Source of the DNA: Promethearchaeota archaeon
GTDB lineage: Archaea > Asgardarchaeota > Lokiarchaeia > Sigyniarchaeales > SOKP01
DNA length: 15,355 bases
Assembly (NCBI GenBank): GCA_011364975.1
Contig: RDOE01000076.1
Coordinates: 1 to 15,355 of the forward strand
Direction of reading: 5' to 3'
Both the position numbers and the translations under genes were made by a program. The notes under the pieces were generated by a model. The model saw only the letters and a program-made list of their open reading frames with translations, was not told the DNA's origin and searched no databases. Shown here one piece after another: positions 1-8,132 of this stretch. Position 1 is the stretch's first letter; the number at the start of each line of letters is the position of its first letter.

Positions 1-20
1 AACACATTATTTTAATTAAA

Positions 21-94
21 ACGAATCGTGAAATCTTCATATTAAGGGTTAATAGAGAGCCATTAAATGGTTTAAAAATTATCATACGAATCGT
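21..94. promoter_or_regulatory. Two copies of the palindrome ACGA-A-TCGT (21-29, 86-94); candidate transcription-factor operators
   Basis: An identical 9-mer with dyad symmetry and two CG dinucleotides occurs twice, 65 bp apart, in very AT-rich DNA upstream of the CDS at 190. Confidence 0.5.
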
Positions 95-177
95 TTTGAA
101 GAATCTTAGAAAAATCAAATAAAAAAATCTATTGTAATTAAATCAAAAAAAAGAGAGTAATAAAAATTATAAAAATA

Positions 178-183
178 GGGTGA
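178..183 (+). promoter_or_regulatory. Shine-Dalgarno-like site GGGTGA
   Basis: It ends 6 nt before ATG 190 and matches the GGTGA part of the archaeal SD consensus GGAGGTGA. Confidence 0.6.
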
Positions 184-189
184 GAGAAA

Positions 190-1332
190 ATGGTGGAATC
201 AAATGATATATATAGGAAATTACAGCAGCATATCGACGAGCGTATGCCTGTAGGCTTCCCGAGGAGTGAGTCTGGTGCTGATTTAAGAATCTTAAAGCAT
301 CTTTTCACTCCCGAGGAAGCAGATTTAGTATTGTATTTAAGCGCCTTACCTGAACCTGTTGAACGCGTCTATAAGCGTGTTAAACATACTGGTATAACTA
401 TGGAAGAATTGGAACAAAGATTAGATTCTTTAGTCAAAAGGGGATTAATTATGGGTGGAAGTTTCAACGATCCCAATAAAAAGACATATAGCACCGCCCA
501 ATATGCAATTGGGATGTTTGAATTTCAAGTAGATAAGCTTTATAAAGAATTGGTCCAGGATGCGGATGAGTACAATAAATCTGTATTTTACAAGGAATTT
601 TATAGGCCAAATATTCCTAATCAAATGCGAACCATTCCTGTAGAAAAGAGCGTTGTTCCAGAACATCATATCAGTACATATGATAATGTAGCTAAACTTT
701 TGGAAAATGCTGAGGAACCAATCGTAATACTGAACTGTGTCTGTAAACAAGGAAAGCAGGTATTAGGGGGGTCTTGTAATGTTACAGACATACCTGATAC
801 ATGTATGGGATTTGGAAGTTTGGGAGCAGGTTACTTAGAGTTAGGATCTGGTCGTATGGTTAGCAAAGATGAAGCATTGGAACGTTTAAAGAAATATCAA
901 GAACTTGGGTTAGTACTTCAGCCTAATAATTCACAAGACTCCGGATTTATTTGTGCGTGTTGTGGCGATTGTTGTCAAAATTTGCTTATGGTAAAACAAT
1001 TTCCTCGTCCAGCGGATTACTTCACATCAAATTTCCACGCTATAGTAGATGCTGATGTATGCGAAGGGTGTGGTACTTGTGTTGAACGGTGTCAGATGGG
1101 AGCTGTAACGCTTGTTAACGATATAGCAGCCATCAATTATGACCGTTGTATTGGCTGCGGTAATTGTGTCGTTACCTGCAAATCGGGAGCAATTCAACTC
1201 GAGAAGAACGAAAAGGAAAAAGTACCTCCGAAAGATTTCAACGCACTTCTACAGAAAATAATGATAAAGAAACGAGGGTTCATAGGGTCAATGAAAATGA
1301 TGGGCAAAATGCTCTTAAAAAAACAAATTTAA
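190..1332 (+). CDS. Fe-S protein: N-terminal HTH-like region, central Cys-rich domain and C-terminal 2x[4Fe-4S] ferredoxin domain
   Basis: C-terminal motifs CEGCGTCVERC and CIGCGNCVVTC; central CVC...C...C and ICACCGDCC; N-terminal 'LFTPEEA...LEQRLDSLVKRGLI' winged-helix-like segment. Confidence 0.85.
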   Translation: MVESNDIYRKLQQHIDERMPVGFPRSESGADLRILKHLFTPEEADLVLYLSALPEPVERVYKRVKHTGITMEELEQRLDSLVKRGLIMGGSFNDPNKKTYSTAQYAIGMFEFQVDKLYKELVQDADEYNKSVFYKEFYRPNIPNQMRTIPVEKSVVPEHHISTYDNVAKLLENAEEPIVILNCVCKQGKQVLGGSCNVTDIPDTCMGFGSLGAGYLELGSGRMVSKDEALERLKKYQELGLVLQPNNSQDSGFICACCGDCCQNLLMVKQFPRPADYFTSNFHAIVDADVCEGCGTCVERCQMGAVTLVNDIAAINYDRCIGCGNCVVTCKSGAIQLEKNEKEKVPPKDFNALLQKIMIKKRGFIGSMKMMGKMLLKKQI

Positions 1333-1333
1333 A

Positions 1334-1344
1334 TTTTTTTTTTT
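1334..1344 (+). terminator. Oligo-T (T11) archaeal-type terminator
   Basis: A run of 11 T begins 2 nt after the TAA ending at 1332. Confidence 0.65.
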
Positions 1345-1547
1345 AAAAGTTATATTGACTCTTCGATTCATCTTAAGTTTTTATTTTTTTTAATTCTAAT
1401 GTGTAGGAAAAGAAAAATCCTTATTTTTTATAAAAACTGGGTGTACCAAGATTTAAATATTCTTTTTTAATTGGTTAGCTTAGTTGGAATTATTAATATA
1501 TATGGATTTACATATAATACTAAATTAACGATTATTTGTGAAGAATT

Positions 1548-3233
1548 ATGTCAGATGAAGAGAAAAAGGAAAATCTCGGTCAAGAAAATCCTGTTGGTCG
1601 GTTAATGGGAAAGACTACTACTTATGAAGTGTCAATGCAAGTTACTGACCCAAATGTCTTGAGAAACACGTATTTGACAATTTATGGCGAAAAGGATAAA
1701 GAGGGTAAACGACCTCATTATATGTTAAATATTACAGATATGTATAGCGATTCTTCAGGAATGGTCGCGAACTTAATGGTACTAGGAGAGCGACCTAAAC
1801 GACCTTTTGAGGTCGGAGCCGAGGTATATAAAGCAAAAGAGGAACAAATTGAAAGATTATTAGGAATCCATAATCCGCCAGAAGAGTCGGTTTCATTAGG
1901 AAAATTAATTGGATATCCTTTTAATGTAAATTTACTTGTAAAAAATTTTGGGAGAATTTTTATAACAGGTAAAAGTGGCTCTGGTAAATCATATAGTATG
2001 GGTGTATTGTGTGAGGAATTCATGAAAAAAGGCATTCCAGTAGTCATTTTAGATCGCCACGGTGAATATGGTTCATTAAAAGTTGCAGCAAAAGAGCTTC
2101 AAAAAGGAGATAATAATCAGAGTGAATTTGTGGATAAAATTATAGAATTTGCTGATTTAAAGATTAATAAGGGAGGAGATATTGATGTGGAATATTTATT
2201 TTCATTAGATGCAACGGATATTGTCGCTCCGAATTTATGTACTATAGTAAATATGCGTGGAATGGATCTTACAGTACAAGAAATGATCGCGGGAAAATTG
2301 CTCAAAAAATTATATCAAGCGAGTACAAGCAGAAGAATTACACCTTTTTACTTGTTTTTAGATGAAGCCCATCTTTTTGCAGGCAAAAAGAGAACAGACA
2401 CCTGTGAAACTGTAAAATTATTTTCCCAAGAAGGCCGAAAGTTTGGTGCTAATCTAGTAATCGGTACTCAGCGTCCACAATTACTTGATACTACTATCCG
2501 TGCTCAAGCAGGAAGTTGGATCGTACATAATCTTACAGATATAAGAGATATTGATGTGACCATCTCATCTGCAGAAGATTTGAGTCGTGATAATAAGAAT
2601 GATATCTCGGGATTAGATAAAGGAGAATGTATCGTTTGCGGTGAAGCAGTAAAAGGAATTCCGCTGTTTGTTAAAGTTCGACCAAGATTAACTGAACACG
2701 GTGGAATTGGATTTAATCCACTAGACTTTCTACCAAAACAAACTATCGATGAATTACAGAAGCGTAAGCAACGTATTCTTGGTGATAAGTCCGCAAATGA
2801 ATTGGAAACAGGAAAAACTATCTATCAAGAAATTACCGCACCAAAAACATCTGATGAATATTTAGATGAGATTGCAGAATTAAGATTGAAGATAAAAGAA
2901 CTAGAAGATGAAATTTCTATTTTAAAAGAAAAATTAACTAAGGTTGAAGAGGGTGTTCCAACTTCCACAAGTGAAATAACTTTCGATGATCATGTAGAAG
3001 ATCTTGAGACAGAACTTAAAGTGTGGCAAGAAAAGTATAATTACCTCAAAGAATCGATGGAAAATCAAGATTTTATGGGGGGATCTGAGGGTGAATCAAG
3101 CGAACTTATCTTGGATATGCAAAATAAAACTATTGAATTAGAAGCAGAAGTTCAGAAATTTAAATCACGATATACAGACGCATTAATTTTAGCTGAAAAA
3201 GCTATTAATGAATTGAAAAGAAGGTCCAAATGA
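1548..3233 (+). CDS. HerA/FtsK-superfamily (DUF87) P-loop ATPase with a putative N-terminal HAS-barrel and a C-terminal coiled-coil extension
   Basis: Walker A GKSGSGKS (1968-1991), HerA-type ILDRHGEY, Walker B FLFLDEAH (DEAH 2361-2372), Arg-finger EGRKFG and GTQRP. The N-terminus is beta-rich and the tail from ~aa 435 is acidic with heptad periodicity. Confidence 0.88.
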   Translation: MSDEEKKENLGQENPVGRLMGKTTTYEVSMQVTDPNVLRNTYLTIYGEKDKEGKRPHYMLNITDMYSDSSGMVANLMVLGERPKRPFEVGAEVYKAKEEQIERLLGIHNPPEESVSLGKLIGYPFNVNLLVKNFGRIFITGKSGSGKSYSMGVLCEEFMKKGIPVVILDRHGEYGSLKVAAKELQKGDNNQSEFVDKIIEFADLKINKGGDIDVEYLFSLDATDIVAPNLCTIVNMRGMDLTVQEMIAGKLLKKLYQASTSRRITPFYLFLDEAHLFAGKKRTDTCETVKLFSQEGRKFGANLVIGTQRPQLLDTTIRAQAGSWIVHNLTDIRDIDVTISSAEDLSRDNKNDISGLDKGECIVCGEAVKGIPLFVKVRPRLTEHGGIGFNPLDFLPKQTIDELQKRKQRILGDKSANELETGKTIYQEITAPKTSDEYLDEIAELRLKIKELEDEISILKEKLTKVEEGVPTSTSEITFDDHVEDLETELKVWQEKYNYLKESMENQDFMGGSEGESSELILDMQNKTIELEAEVQKFKSRYTDALILAEKAINELKRRSK

Positions 3234-3234
3234 C

Positions 3235-3249
3235 TTTTTTTAGTTTTTT
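3235..3249 (+). terminator. Oligo-T terminator (T7-AG-T6)
   Basis: T tracts lie immediately after the TGA ending at 3233. Confidence 0.6.
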
Positions 3250-3389
3250 CCTAATTATTTTATTATTTCTAAATTATTTATTTTTTAATACCTTACAATT
3301 AATTTTAGATAATTAATTTTAAGTTCAATCTGCCAAATTAATACTTATTATTCTTTATTATTGCTTTAAAAAAACGGAAATAGATTAGT

Positions 3390-4457
3390 ATGCTAAACCT
3401 TGAAAATATTAAGAATCTTCAAAAAGAGTTAAGTTCTTTATTGGGAGTTTCGGGATATGAAGATGAAGTCAGCAATTTTATTTTAAAAATGATTGAAGAG
3501 AAAAATTTAGCAGATAAGGTTTGGAAAGATAAATTAGGAAACATTCTAGTTATTAAAGAAGGAAAGGTTGGTAAAGAACGAATATTATTTGACGCTCATA
3601 TTGATGAAATTGGATTTATGGTGTCACACATCGATAAGAAAGGGTTCTTACGATTTGTTCCTGTTGGGGGTTGGGATACAAGAATATTATTGGGACAAGC
3701 AATTATTATTAAATCCGAATCAGGAAAGATCTACCATGGGTTAATAGGGTCTAAACCCCCTCATCTTACGTCTATAAATGAACGCAAAAAAGTTGTAGAC
3801 ATCCCAGATATGTATATCGATATAGGAATGACCTCACTCGAAGCAGTTGAAAAAGCAGGAATTCATATTGGAACAATAGGAACCTTATATGTGCCATTTC
3901 AGGAATTACCAAATAATTTTATACGAGGGAAAGCATTTGATGATAGGACTGGTTGCAATGTTCTACTACACCTATTAATGGAAGTAAAAGATGTAGAGAT
4001 TCAAGACACATTACTATTTAATTTTGCGGTGCAAGAAGAATTTGGGCGTATAGGTACAGGTCCAGGTGCCTACACCTTAAACCCAAGCATGGCTATTGCG
4101 GTCGAAAACACTACAGCGGCGGATGTTCCAGGTATTAAGAGTTCTGAGAATCCTGCAATCTTACGAGATGGACCAGCAATAACTATAGCAGATAAATCCA
4201 TAATCAGTAGCAAATATGTTAATAAAAGATTGACTGAAAATGCAAATAAAGAGGGTATTAAGTACCAGTTTAAACGACCCATGTATGGCTTAACTGATGC
4301 AGGAATAATACAAGAATCAAGAGAAGGAATCCCAAGTACTGTAGTTTCTGTACCATGTAGGTATATTCATTCACCAACTTCATTATTAAACCTTGAAGAT
4401 ATTCAAAATACCATTAAACTATTAATTGCTTTTGTAAAGAATTCAGCCAATATCTAA
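3390..4457 (+). CDS. M42-family (TET/FrvX-like) metallo-aminopeptidase
   Basis: Motifs GVSGYE, DAHIDEIG, GKAFDDRTG, QEEFG, GPAI, TDAG and RYIHSP; length 355 aa is typical of the family. Confidence 0.93.
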   Translation: MLNLENIKNLQKELSSLLGVSGYEDEVSNFILKMIEEKNLADKVWKDKLGNILVIKEGKVGKERILFDAHIDEIGFMVSHIDKKGFLRFVPVGGWDTRILLGQAIIIKSESGKIYHGLIGSKPPHLTSINERKKVVDIPDMYIDIGMTSLEAVEKAGIHIGTIGTLYVPFQELPNNFIRGKAFDDRTGCNVLLHLLMEVKDVEIQDTLLFNFAVQEEFGRIGTGPGAYTLNPSMAIAVENTTAADVPGIKSSENPAILRDGPAITIADKSIISSKYVNKRLTENANKEGIKYQFKRPMYGLTDAGIIQESREGIPSTVVSVPCRYIHSPTSLLNLEDIQNTIKLLIAFVKNSANI

Positions 4458-4462
4458 ACAAT

Positions 4463-4471
4463 AAAAAAAAA
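4463..4471 (-). terminator. Oligo-T (T9 on - strand) terminator for the MFS gene
   Basis: A9 on the + strand in the 32-bp gap between the convergent peptidase and MFS stop codons. Confidence 0.5.
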
Positions 4472-4489
4472 TAAATAAAAATAGATAGA

Positions 4490-5776
4490 TTATATTCTTT
4501 TTGGTGGTTTAGTCATATAAATTAATATTGCAGACCCTATTGACATAATACCCATTACAATAAATAGGATTAGATAACTCCCAAATATCGTAACAAATAA
4601 ATTTACACCAACTGCGCCAATAAATCCTGCAACTCCGTATGCAGTAAACACAATTCCATAATTAGGCCCAAGATTTTTCGAACCAAATAAATCAGCGGTA
4701 GCAGTAGGAAATAGACTAAAATTACCTCCAAAACAGAAATATATTGCGCAAGTCATTATCAGGAAATAGACATCATTAATGTTTGTAGTGAAATAGAGAA
4801 ACATTAATACTGCTTGGGTTATGAACATTAACATCATTGATTTTTTATAAGTTATTTTGTCAGCTAATTGCCCCCATACGATCCTTCCTAACCCATTGAA
4901 TAAAGCAGCTAAACTACCAATCATAACAAAATCAGCGGTACCAATTGCATATATAAAATTATCTCCCGCATCCACCGTCTTCGCAAAGGCAGCATAAGAA
5001 CCAATTACCATTAATCCTGAAATTGCACTTAAAATAAATGTTAACCAGATCATCCAAAATTGTGGTAATTTAATTGTTTGTTTACGTTCAAATTCTAGTC
5101 CTGAAATTCCTGATTCTTCCGAAGCGGGAGGTGGCGTCCAGCCTGGAGGAGCCCACCCTTCTGGTGGATTATTTAAAAGCATAGCACCTCCAATAACTAA
5201 GATTGTATATATTATCCCTATTACTATAAACATGACAGGAATATTTGGAGAGATAGTTGTTAAGAATCCAGGATCAGTTACTTCTATACCAGTAGGATTG
5301 GCCAAACCCTTAATTACATAATTAAAAATAAAAGATCCCGCTCCAAATCCCGCAACTGCTAATCCATTAATCAATCCTTTTTTGTCAGGAAACCATTTAC
5401 CCGCAGCTGCAATGGGACATACATATCCGAATCCAATTCCTGCACCGAAAATAATCCCGTAAGTAATAAGTAATCCAATGAATGTGGTCATTAAAGCTGA
5501 TGATATAACCCCGACTGCAATAAGAATTCCACCGAGGATTGCAATCTTCTTTGGTCCATATTTCTGTTGTAGTTGTCCAGCAAAAATCATTGTGATAGCA
5601 AAAGATAATAGACCCACTCCGAAAACATAAACGGTTACTTCTCTGATTTCATTGAGATAAGGGCTTACAAAGATCGTTAGCGTGCCCCAAGAATAAATCG
5701 TGCCTAGAGCTAATTGGATTAATATTGCACCTATTACAATTATCCATCGATTTCTTATTTTTTGTTCTGTAGACAT
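4490..5776 (-). CDS. MFS transporter, oxalate:formate antiporter (OFA)/monocarboxylate-transporter-like family
   Basis: About 12 hydrophobic helices; motifs NRW...QLALGTIYSW, KWFPDKKGLINGLAVAGFG, FNGLGRIVWGQLADKI and FGGNFSLFP...FGSKNLGPNYG. Start placed at ATG 5776 (MSTEQK); the ORF track uses an in-frame TTG at 5788. Confidence 0.9.
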   Translation of the reverse strand: MSTEQKIRNRWIIVIGAILIQLALGTIYSWGTLTIFVSPYLNEIREVTVYVFGVGLLSFAITMIFAGQLQQKYGPKKIAILGGILIAVGVISSALMTTFIGLLITYGIIFGAGIGFGYVCPIAAAGKWFPDKKGLINGLAVAGFGAGSFIFNYVIKGLANPTGIEVTDPGFLTTISPNIPVMFIVIGIIYTILVIGGAMLLNNPPEGWAPPGWTPPPASEESGISGLEFERKQTIKLPQFWMIWLTFILSAISGLMVIGSYAAFAKTVDAGDNFIYAIGTADFVMIGSLAALFNGLGRIVWGQLADKITYKKSMMLMFITQAVLMFLYFTTNINDVYFLIMTCAIYFCFGGNFSLFPTATADLFGSKNLGPNYGIVFTAYGVAGFIGAVGVNLFVTIFGSYLILFIVMGIMSIGSAILIYMTKPPKRI

Positions 5777-5836
5777 TTGTAAAACCAAATTGTTTTATTT
5801 GAGTGTGAAAGTTATTTGGCAGTTAAAAAGATTACA

Positions 5837-5891
5837 TTAATCGATTATAAAAAAATGTAAAAGAGTTGTAAACAAGGGATTTTAATCGATT
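5837..5891. promoter_or_regulatory. Two copies of TTAATCGATT (5837-5846, 5882-5891) with palindromic core AATCGATT in a divergent intergenic region
   Basis: A 10-bp exact repeat, 45 bp apart, between the divergent MFS and hydrolase starts. The first copy extends to the perfect palindrome TAATCGATTA (5838-5847). Confidence 0.45.
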
Positions 5892-5900
5892 TTAAATACT

Positions 5901-7622
5901 ATGAAAGAGAATACTTTATTTATGATAAAATTAGATTTATCAAGAAGACAATCAATTTTAATCATAATTTTTCTGAGCATTTTCATACTTGGCACGTTTT
6001 TGATATTTACAGTACCTTTTTCTGTTAAAAGCACTTATGGGCTTTCAACTATAACGGATGATGGCGTTACTATTGCTTTCAATGTATTTGAACCACAAAA
6101 TGGGGGGAACAATAAACCTGCATTTCTCATTGGTCATGGTTCAATGGTAAATAAAGAAATGGTTAAGGGTTACGCGTTAGAATTAGCTGCAGCTGGATTT
6201 GTCGCTGTACCCTTTGATTTTAGGGGTCATGGTCAAAGCAGTTCTGGTGGGACTAATAACATGACAAAAGATGTTGTAGCAATTCGAGAATATCTTCGTT
6301 CTAGAGGTGATGTTGATATGGATTCTTTAGGATACATTGGTTACAGCATGGGAGGATTAGGACAAGCACTAATTGAAGTGGATTTTTCATTTAAATGTTT
6401 TATTGGAATAGGAACATGGTTGGATCCAAGTTTAAGAAAGGGAAATTCTACCAATCCTTTAAATGTTCTAATGATTGAAGCAATTTTTGATGAAGCAATA
6501 GACCTTCCGACTTTAAAAGAGAGTTTATCTGCTCGAACAGGTTTACCTACATCATCGATTTATGCAAATAAAATGTATGGTTCATTTTATCAGGGAAATG
6601 CATCAATGATATACTTGGATGATGATAGTAACCATTTAAAGGTTGCGTGGGATTACAATTTTATAAGGGAAGCAAGAGATTGGGCAATCACATCTTTTGA
6701 TTTAGAAGTGAAGGATGAGAACTTTTACGTAAACATAAGAGCAATTATTCTTCTAATTCAAGTGATTGGAGGAGTAGGATTTTTCTTTTTGATTATTGAG
6801 CCTCTTTCAAAATTTATCTTATTTTCAAAAGAAGATATTGAAAGAAAGGCAAAAATCGAATATTTTGAAATAAACACTTCAGAAATTTCAAATAGAACAA
6901 TCATTATAAAATCAATACTATTTTCTCTAATATTAGCACTCCCAGGAATATTGATCTTCTTCCCTATATTACTTATCTTACCATTAGCCGTCGCAGCATT
7001 CGTCATGGCACTACTATATGGTCAGATTTTTGGTTTAATCCTTCTATTATGGCGTATCGATAAAAAGGTGGATTATAAGTTTCGTGATATGTTTAGAAAT
7101 ATTTTTAAAGAAAAAGGTCAGATCGTTAGACATTTAATACTAGGGGCAGTTTTATCGGTGGTTCTATATTTAATTGCTTATTCCTCAGTAGGTCTGAATT
7201 ATCTGGGATTGGTACCTTCCGTAGAAAAGTTCTGGACAATACCGATATTTTTTATAATGGCTCTTTTGGTTCTCTTAATACAAAATTTATTGATGCAGGT
7301 TATAATTCAACGTAAATATAAAGACACTCTCAAAGATATTCTTAAAGTGATATTTCTGGGTTTCTTATTTCCGTTCTTATATTTTTTTGTTTACTTGCTA
7401 ATTTTAGGGTTCATTACCAGGAGCTTCTTCTATTTTGGAACTTTCCTTCCTATCTCTATAGTTATGTTTCTATTGACATCTGCTGTTTGTGTTGTAGCAT
7501 ATAAAAAAACAGGTAATATTTTAACTGGAGCGATAATCAGTGCATTCCTGTTAACATTTCTTATAGTGACCATGTCCCCACCTCAAAGTGGCTTAGCATT
7601 CTTGGCAAGATTTATACATTAG
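5901..7622 (+). CDS. Membrane-anchored alpha/beta-fold serine hydrolase with a C-terminal multi-TM domain
   Basis: N-terminal TM/signal anchor; GHG oxyanion motif, DFRGHG, nucleophile elbow GYSMGG, candidate Asp (IFDEAI) and His (DSNHL). About 8-9 hydrophobic segments follow from ~aa 278. Alternative start ATG 5922. Confidence 0.85.
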   Translation: MKENTLFMIKLDLSRRQSILIIIFLSIFILGTFLIFTVPFSVKSTYGLSTITDDGVTIAFNVFEPQNGGNNKPAFLIGHGSMVNKEMVKGYALELAAAGFVAVPFDFRGHGQSSSGGTNNMTKDVVAIREYLRSRGDVDMDSLGYIGYSMGGLGQALIEVDFSFKCFIGIGTWLDPSLRKGNSTNPLNVLMIEAIFDEAIDLPTLKESLSARTGLPTSSIYANKMYGSFYQGNASMIYLDDDSNHLKVAWDYNFIREARDWAITSFDLEVKDENFYVNIRAIILLIQVIGGVGFFFLIIEPLSKFILFSKEDIERKAKIEYFEINTSEISNRTIIIKSILFSLILALPGILIFFPILLILPLAVAAFVMALLYGQIFGLILLLWRIDKKVDYKFRDMFRNIFKEKGQIVRHLILGAVLSVVLYLIAYSSVGLNYLGLVPSVEKFWTIPIFFIMALLVLLIQNLLMQVIIQRKYKDTLKDILKVIFLGFLFPFLYFFVYLLILGFITRSFFYFGTFLPISIVMFLLTSAVCVVAYKKTGNILTGAIISAFLLTFLIVTMSPPQSGLAFLARFIH

Positions 7623-7633
7623 ATTTAAACCAA

Positions 7634-7641
7634 TTTTTTTT
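7634..7641 (+). terminator. Possible oligo-T (T8) terminator
   Basis: A T tract starts 12 nt after the TAG ending at 7622. Confidence 0.4.
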
Positions 7642-7699
7642 ATTTCTTAAAATTTTTTAAAAGAAAAATTAAAAACGAATAAAACAATTAAATATTAAT

Positions 7700-8071
7700 A
7701 TGTCAAGTACAAAGGGTTATCTTTGGAGTTTGACTTTTTTTTTAACAGCAGCTATATATGGTTCAATTCCAACCTATTTGATTGTAACCTTTTGGCAATG
7801 GTTAAATTCTCTTACGTTCGATGGGGAACCAATATATACTCTGACTTTATTTGTGCTTTTTATGTGGATAATATCATTAATTGTCACATTAATTTATTTA
7901 GTTGCGATGGTACGAGCAATTATTCAAAGAAAGAATGAAGATTTGGGAATTCCTAAAGGTGTGAAATATTTTGGACTGGTTTCTACTCTAATAATAGTAG
8001 GATTTATGATTGTATGGTTTATCTTGTTTCAGCAAATTGCTTTTTTCTCAATGACGCGTCCAATATTATGA
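7700..8071 (+). CDS. Small hypothetical membrane protein (3 predicted TM helices)
   Basis: 123 aa with an ATG start and three long hydrophobic stretches separated by short polar loops (FDGEP, RKNEDLGIPKG). It fills an otherwise empty interval. Confidence 0.75.
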   Translation: MSSTKGYLWSLTFFLTAAIYGSIPTYLIVTFWQWLNSLTFDGEPIYTLTLFVLFMWIISLIVTLIYLVAMVRAIIQRKNEDLGIPKGVKYFGLVSTLIIVGFMIVWFILFQQIAFFSMTRPIL

Positions 8072-8080
8072 TAATTCTTA

Positions 8081-8108
8081 TTTTTTCGCTTGAATATAAT
8101 AAAAAAAA
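8081..8108. terminator. Convergent terminator region (T6 on +, T8 on -)
   Basis: T tract 8081-8086 and A tract 8101-8108 lie between convergent stops at 8071 and 8133. Confidence 0.45.
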
Positions 8109-8132
8109 GTTAGTGATAAATTTAATCTAAAT

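Noticed and set aside
445-750. 101-aa antisense ORF, plus the 60-aa overlapping ORF at 1164-1346
   Set aside because: Both overlap the well-supported Fe-S gene and have no motifs; they are shadow ORFs.
1425-1459. TTTTTATAAAAA palindrome and TTTAAATA TATA-like box upstream of the HerA-like gene
   Set aside because: Pure A/T motifs are expected by chance here, so the promoter cannot be assigned without TSS data.
1718-2305. Antisense ORFs 1718-2047 and 2117-2305
   Set aside because: They lie opposite the conserved HerA ATPase core and have the Ser/Ile/Phe-rich composition typical of antisense frames.
1548-3233. HerA as part of an anti-phage system or integrated element
   Set aside because: There is no adjacent Sir2/nuclease/DUF4297-type partner, integrase, att repeat or obvious compositional shift, and the neighbours are metabolic genes.
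3231-3260. Possible selenocysteine/readthrough at TGA stops (3233, 8071, 8133)
   Set aside because: The proteins appear complete, the TGA codons are not at Cys-equivalent positions, and each is followed closely by another in-frame stop or a T tract. No SECIS-like hairpin was recognised.
4070-7938. Short ORFs 4070-4282, 6758-7006 and 7723-7938
   Set aside because: Each is nested within a stronger CDS and has no recognisable features.
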